Positions 31,344 to 32,000 of a stretch of DNA of 32,000 nucleotides are shown one piece after another (within the stretch, counting starts at the first letter, position 1; each line of letters begins with the position of its first letter). The stretch comes from Erysipelotrichaceae bacterium (GTDB taxonomy: Bacteria; Bacillota_I; Bacilli_A; Erysipelotrichales; Coprobacillaceae). The stretch spans positions 1 through 32,000 of the forward strand of contig JAQVDW010000011.1 of the NCBI GenBank assembly GCA_028698185.1. Direction: 5' to 3'. The notes below the pieces were generated by a model. That model worked only from the letters and a program-made list of their open reading frames with translations. It was not told the origin of the DNA and ran no database searches. The translations under genes were made by a program, and so were the position numbers.

Positions 31344-31979
31344 ATGGAAATTACGAAAACCAAAACTTTAGTAACCCTGGCCATGCTTTCGGCCCTGGGC
31401 GCGTTGTTGAACCTGATTGAGATCCCGTATCCATTGGCCCCATGGCTGATGATCGACCTGGCGGAAGTCGTGGTCCTGGTCGCCTTTTTGATGCACGGGT
31501 TCAAAGGCGGCCTGATCGTATCGGTGGCCAAATTCTTCGTTTCCCTGGTTATTAAAGGTCCGGTGGGACCATTTGGAATCGGGCAGATCACGGCATTGAT
31601 CGGTTCGCTGACGATCCTTGGCTTCTATATGTTATTCGACAAGGCGTTCAAGCACAAATATCTGCCGGCGATCATCGCGACGATGCTATGCTTTGCGACG
31701 GTCATGGTTGTGATCAACTACCTGTTTGTCACACCGACTTACCTGTCACAGAAATTCACATGGTACACCCAGCTGCCATATACGCTGGACATCAATGCCT
31801 TCAACGAGTATTTCAATATGAACCTGCCAAGCCTGGGCTTTCTGGGGTGGCTGGGACCTTATGGCGAGGCGATTTTCATCATCTACTTCCCTTTCAATCT
31901 GTTGAAAGGCCTGGTCACCGGATTTTTCTACCGCGTGCTAAGACCGGTCATCGTCAAAAACTTCATCAAGCAGGCCTAG
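31344..31979 (+). CDS. ribU: Riboflavin transporter RibU (ECF S-component)
   Basis: About 211 aa and 6 TM. LNLIEIPYPLAPWLMIDLAEVVVLVAFLMHGFKGG resembles the RibU/FmnP N-terminal block. It lies directly downstream of the FMN riboswitch. The start is taken as the ATG at 31344, 7 nt after AAGGAG. Confidence 0.8.
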   Translation: MEITKTKTLVTLAMLSALGALLNLIEIPYPLAPWLMIDLAEVVVLVAFLMHGFKGGLIVSVAKFFVSLVIKGPVGPFGIGQITALIGSLTILGFYMLFDKAFKHKYLPAIIATMLCFATVMVVINYLFVTPTYLSQKFTWYTQLPYTLDINAFNEYFNMNLPSLGFLGWLGPYGEAIFIIYFPFNLLKGLVTGFFYRVLRPVIVKNFIKQA

Positions 31980-31991
31980 CCTGCTTTTTTT
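31968..31991 (+). terminator. Intrinsic terminator after ribU
   Basis: AAGCAGGC-CTA-GCCTGCTT hairpin, with the stop codon overlapping the loop and the 3' arm, followed by TTTTT. Confidence 0.75.
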
Positions 31992-32000
31992 CATTTGTGA

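Overview
This is a densely coded chromosomal segment that looks like a low-GC Gram-positive (Bacillota-type) genome. The signs are AGGAGG-type ribosome-binding sites, a cre site, terminator-type preQ1-I and FMN riboswitches, ECF S-components and a lipobox lipoprotein. I saw no rRNA, tRNA, CRISPR array, transposase or integrase.

Gene order:
- A secreted alkaline phosphatase, split by a frameshift.
- A MarR + MFS efflux operon with a perfect 17-bp palindromic operator.
- An RpiR regulator followed by a beta-glucoside operon (GH1 6-phospho-beta-glucosidase and PTS EIIBCA), with a consensus cre.
- A convergent, visibly AT-richer alpha-glucoside operon (GH4 6-phospho-alpha-glucosidase, GalM, PTS EIICB) with a divergent RpiR.
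- A c-di-GMP island: a GGDEF cyclase with a Cys-rich sensor and a PAS-GGDEF-EAL protein, convergent with a 7TM-GAF-degenerate GGDEF-HD-GYP protein.
- A second GH1 gene plus ManA.
- A lipoprotein, a Rieske oxygenase, a DUF1003 protein, a YdeI-like protein and a protein of roughly 20 MORN repeats.
- A preQ1-I riboswitch with queT, a DUF523(TudS-like)-cysE pair, and an FMN riboswitch with ribU.

The best candidate for an undescribed system is the minus-strand operon at 20968-16269. Its three genes overlap at both junctions: an ICMT-like membrane methyltransferase, a GH3-like adenylating enzyme, and the 7TM-GAF-HD-GYP phosphodiesterase. This may be a carboxylate-signal modification module wired to c-di-GMP turnover.

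All family calls are made by eye from motifs; no searches were run.
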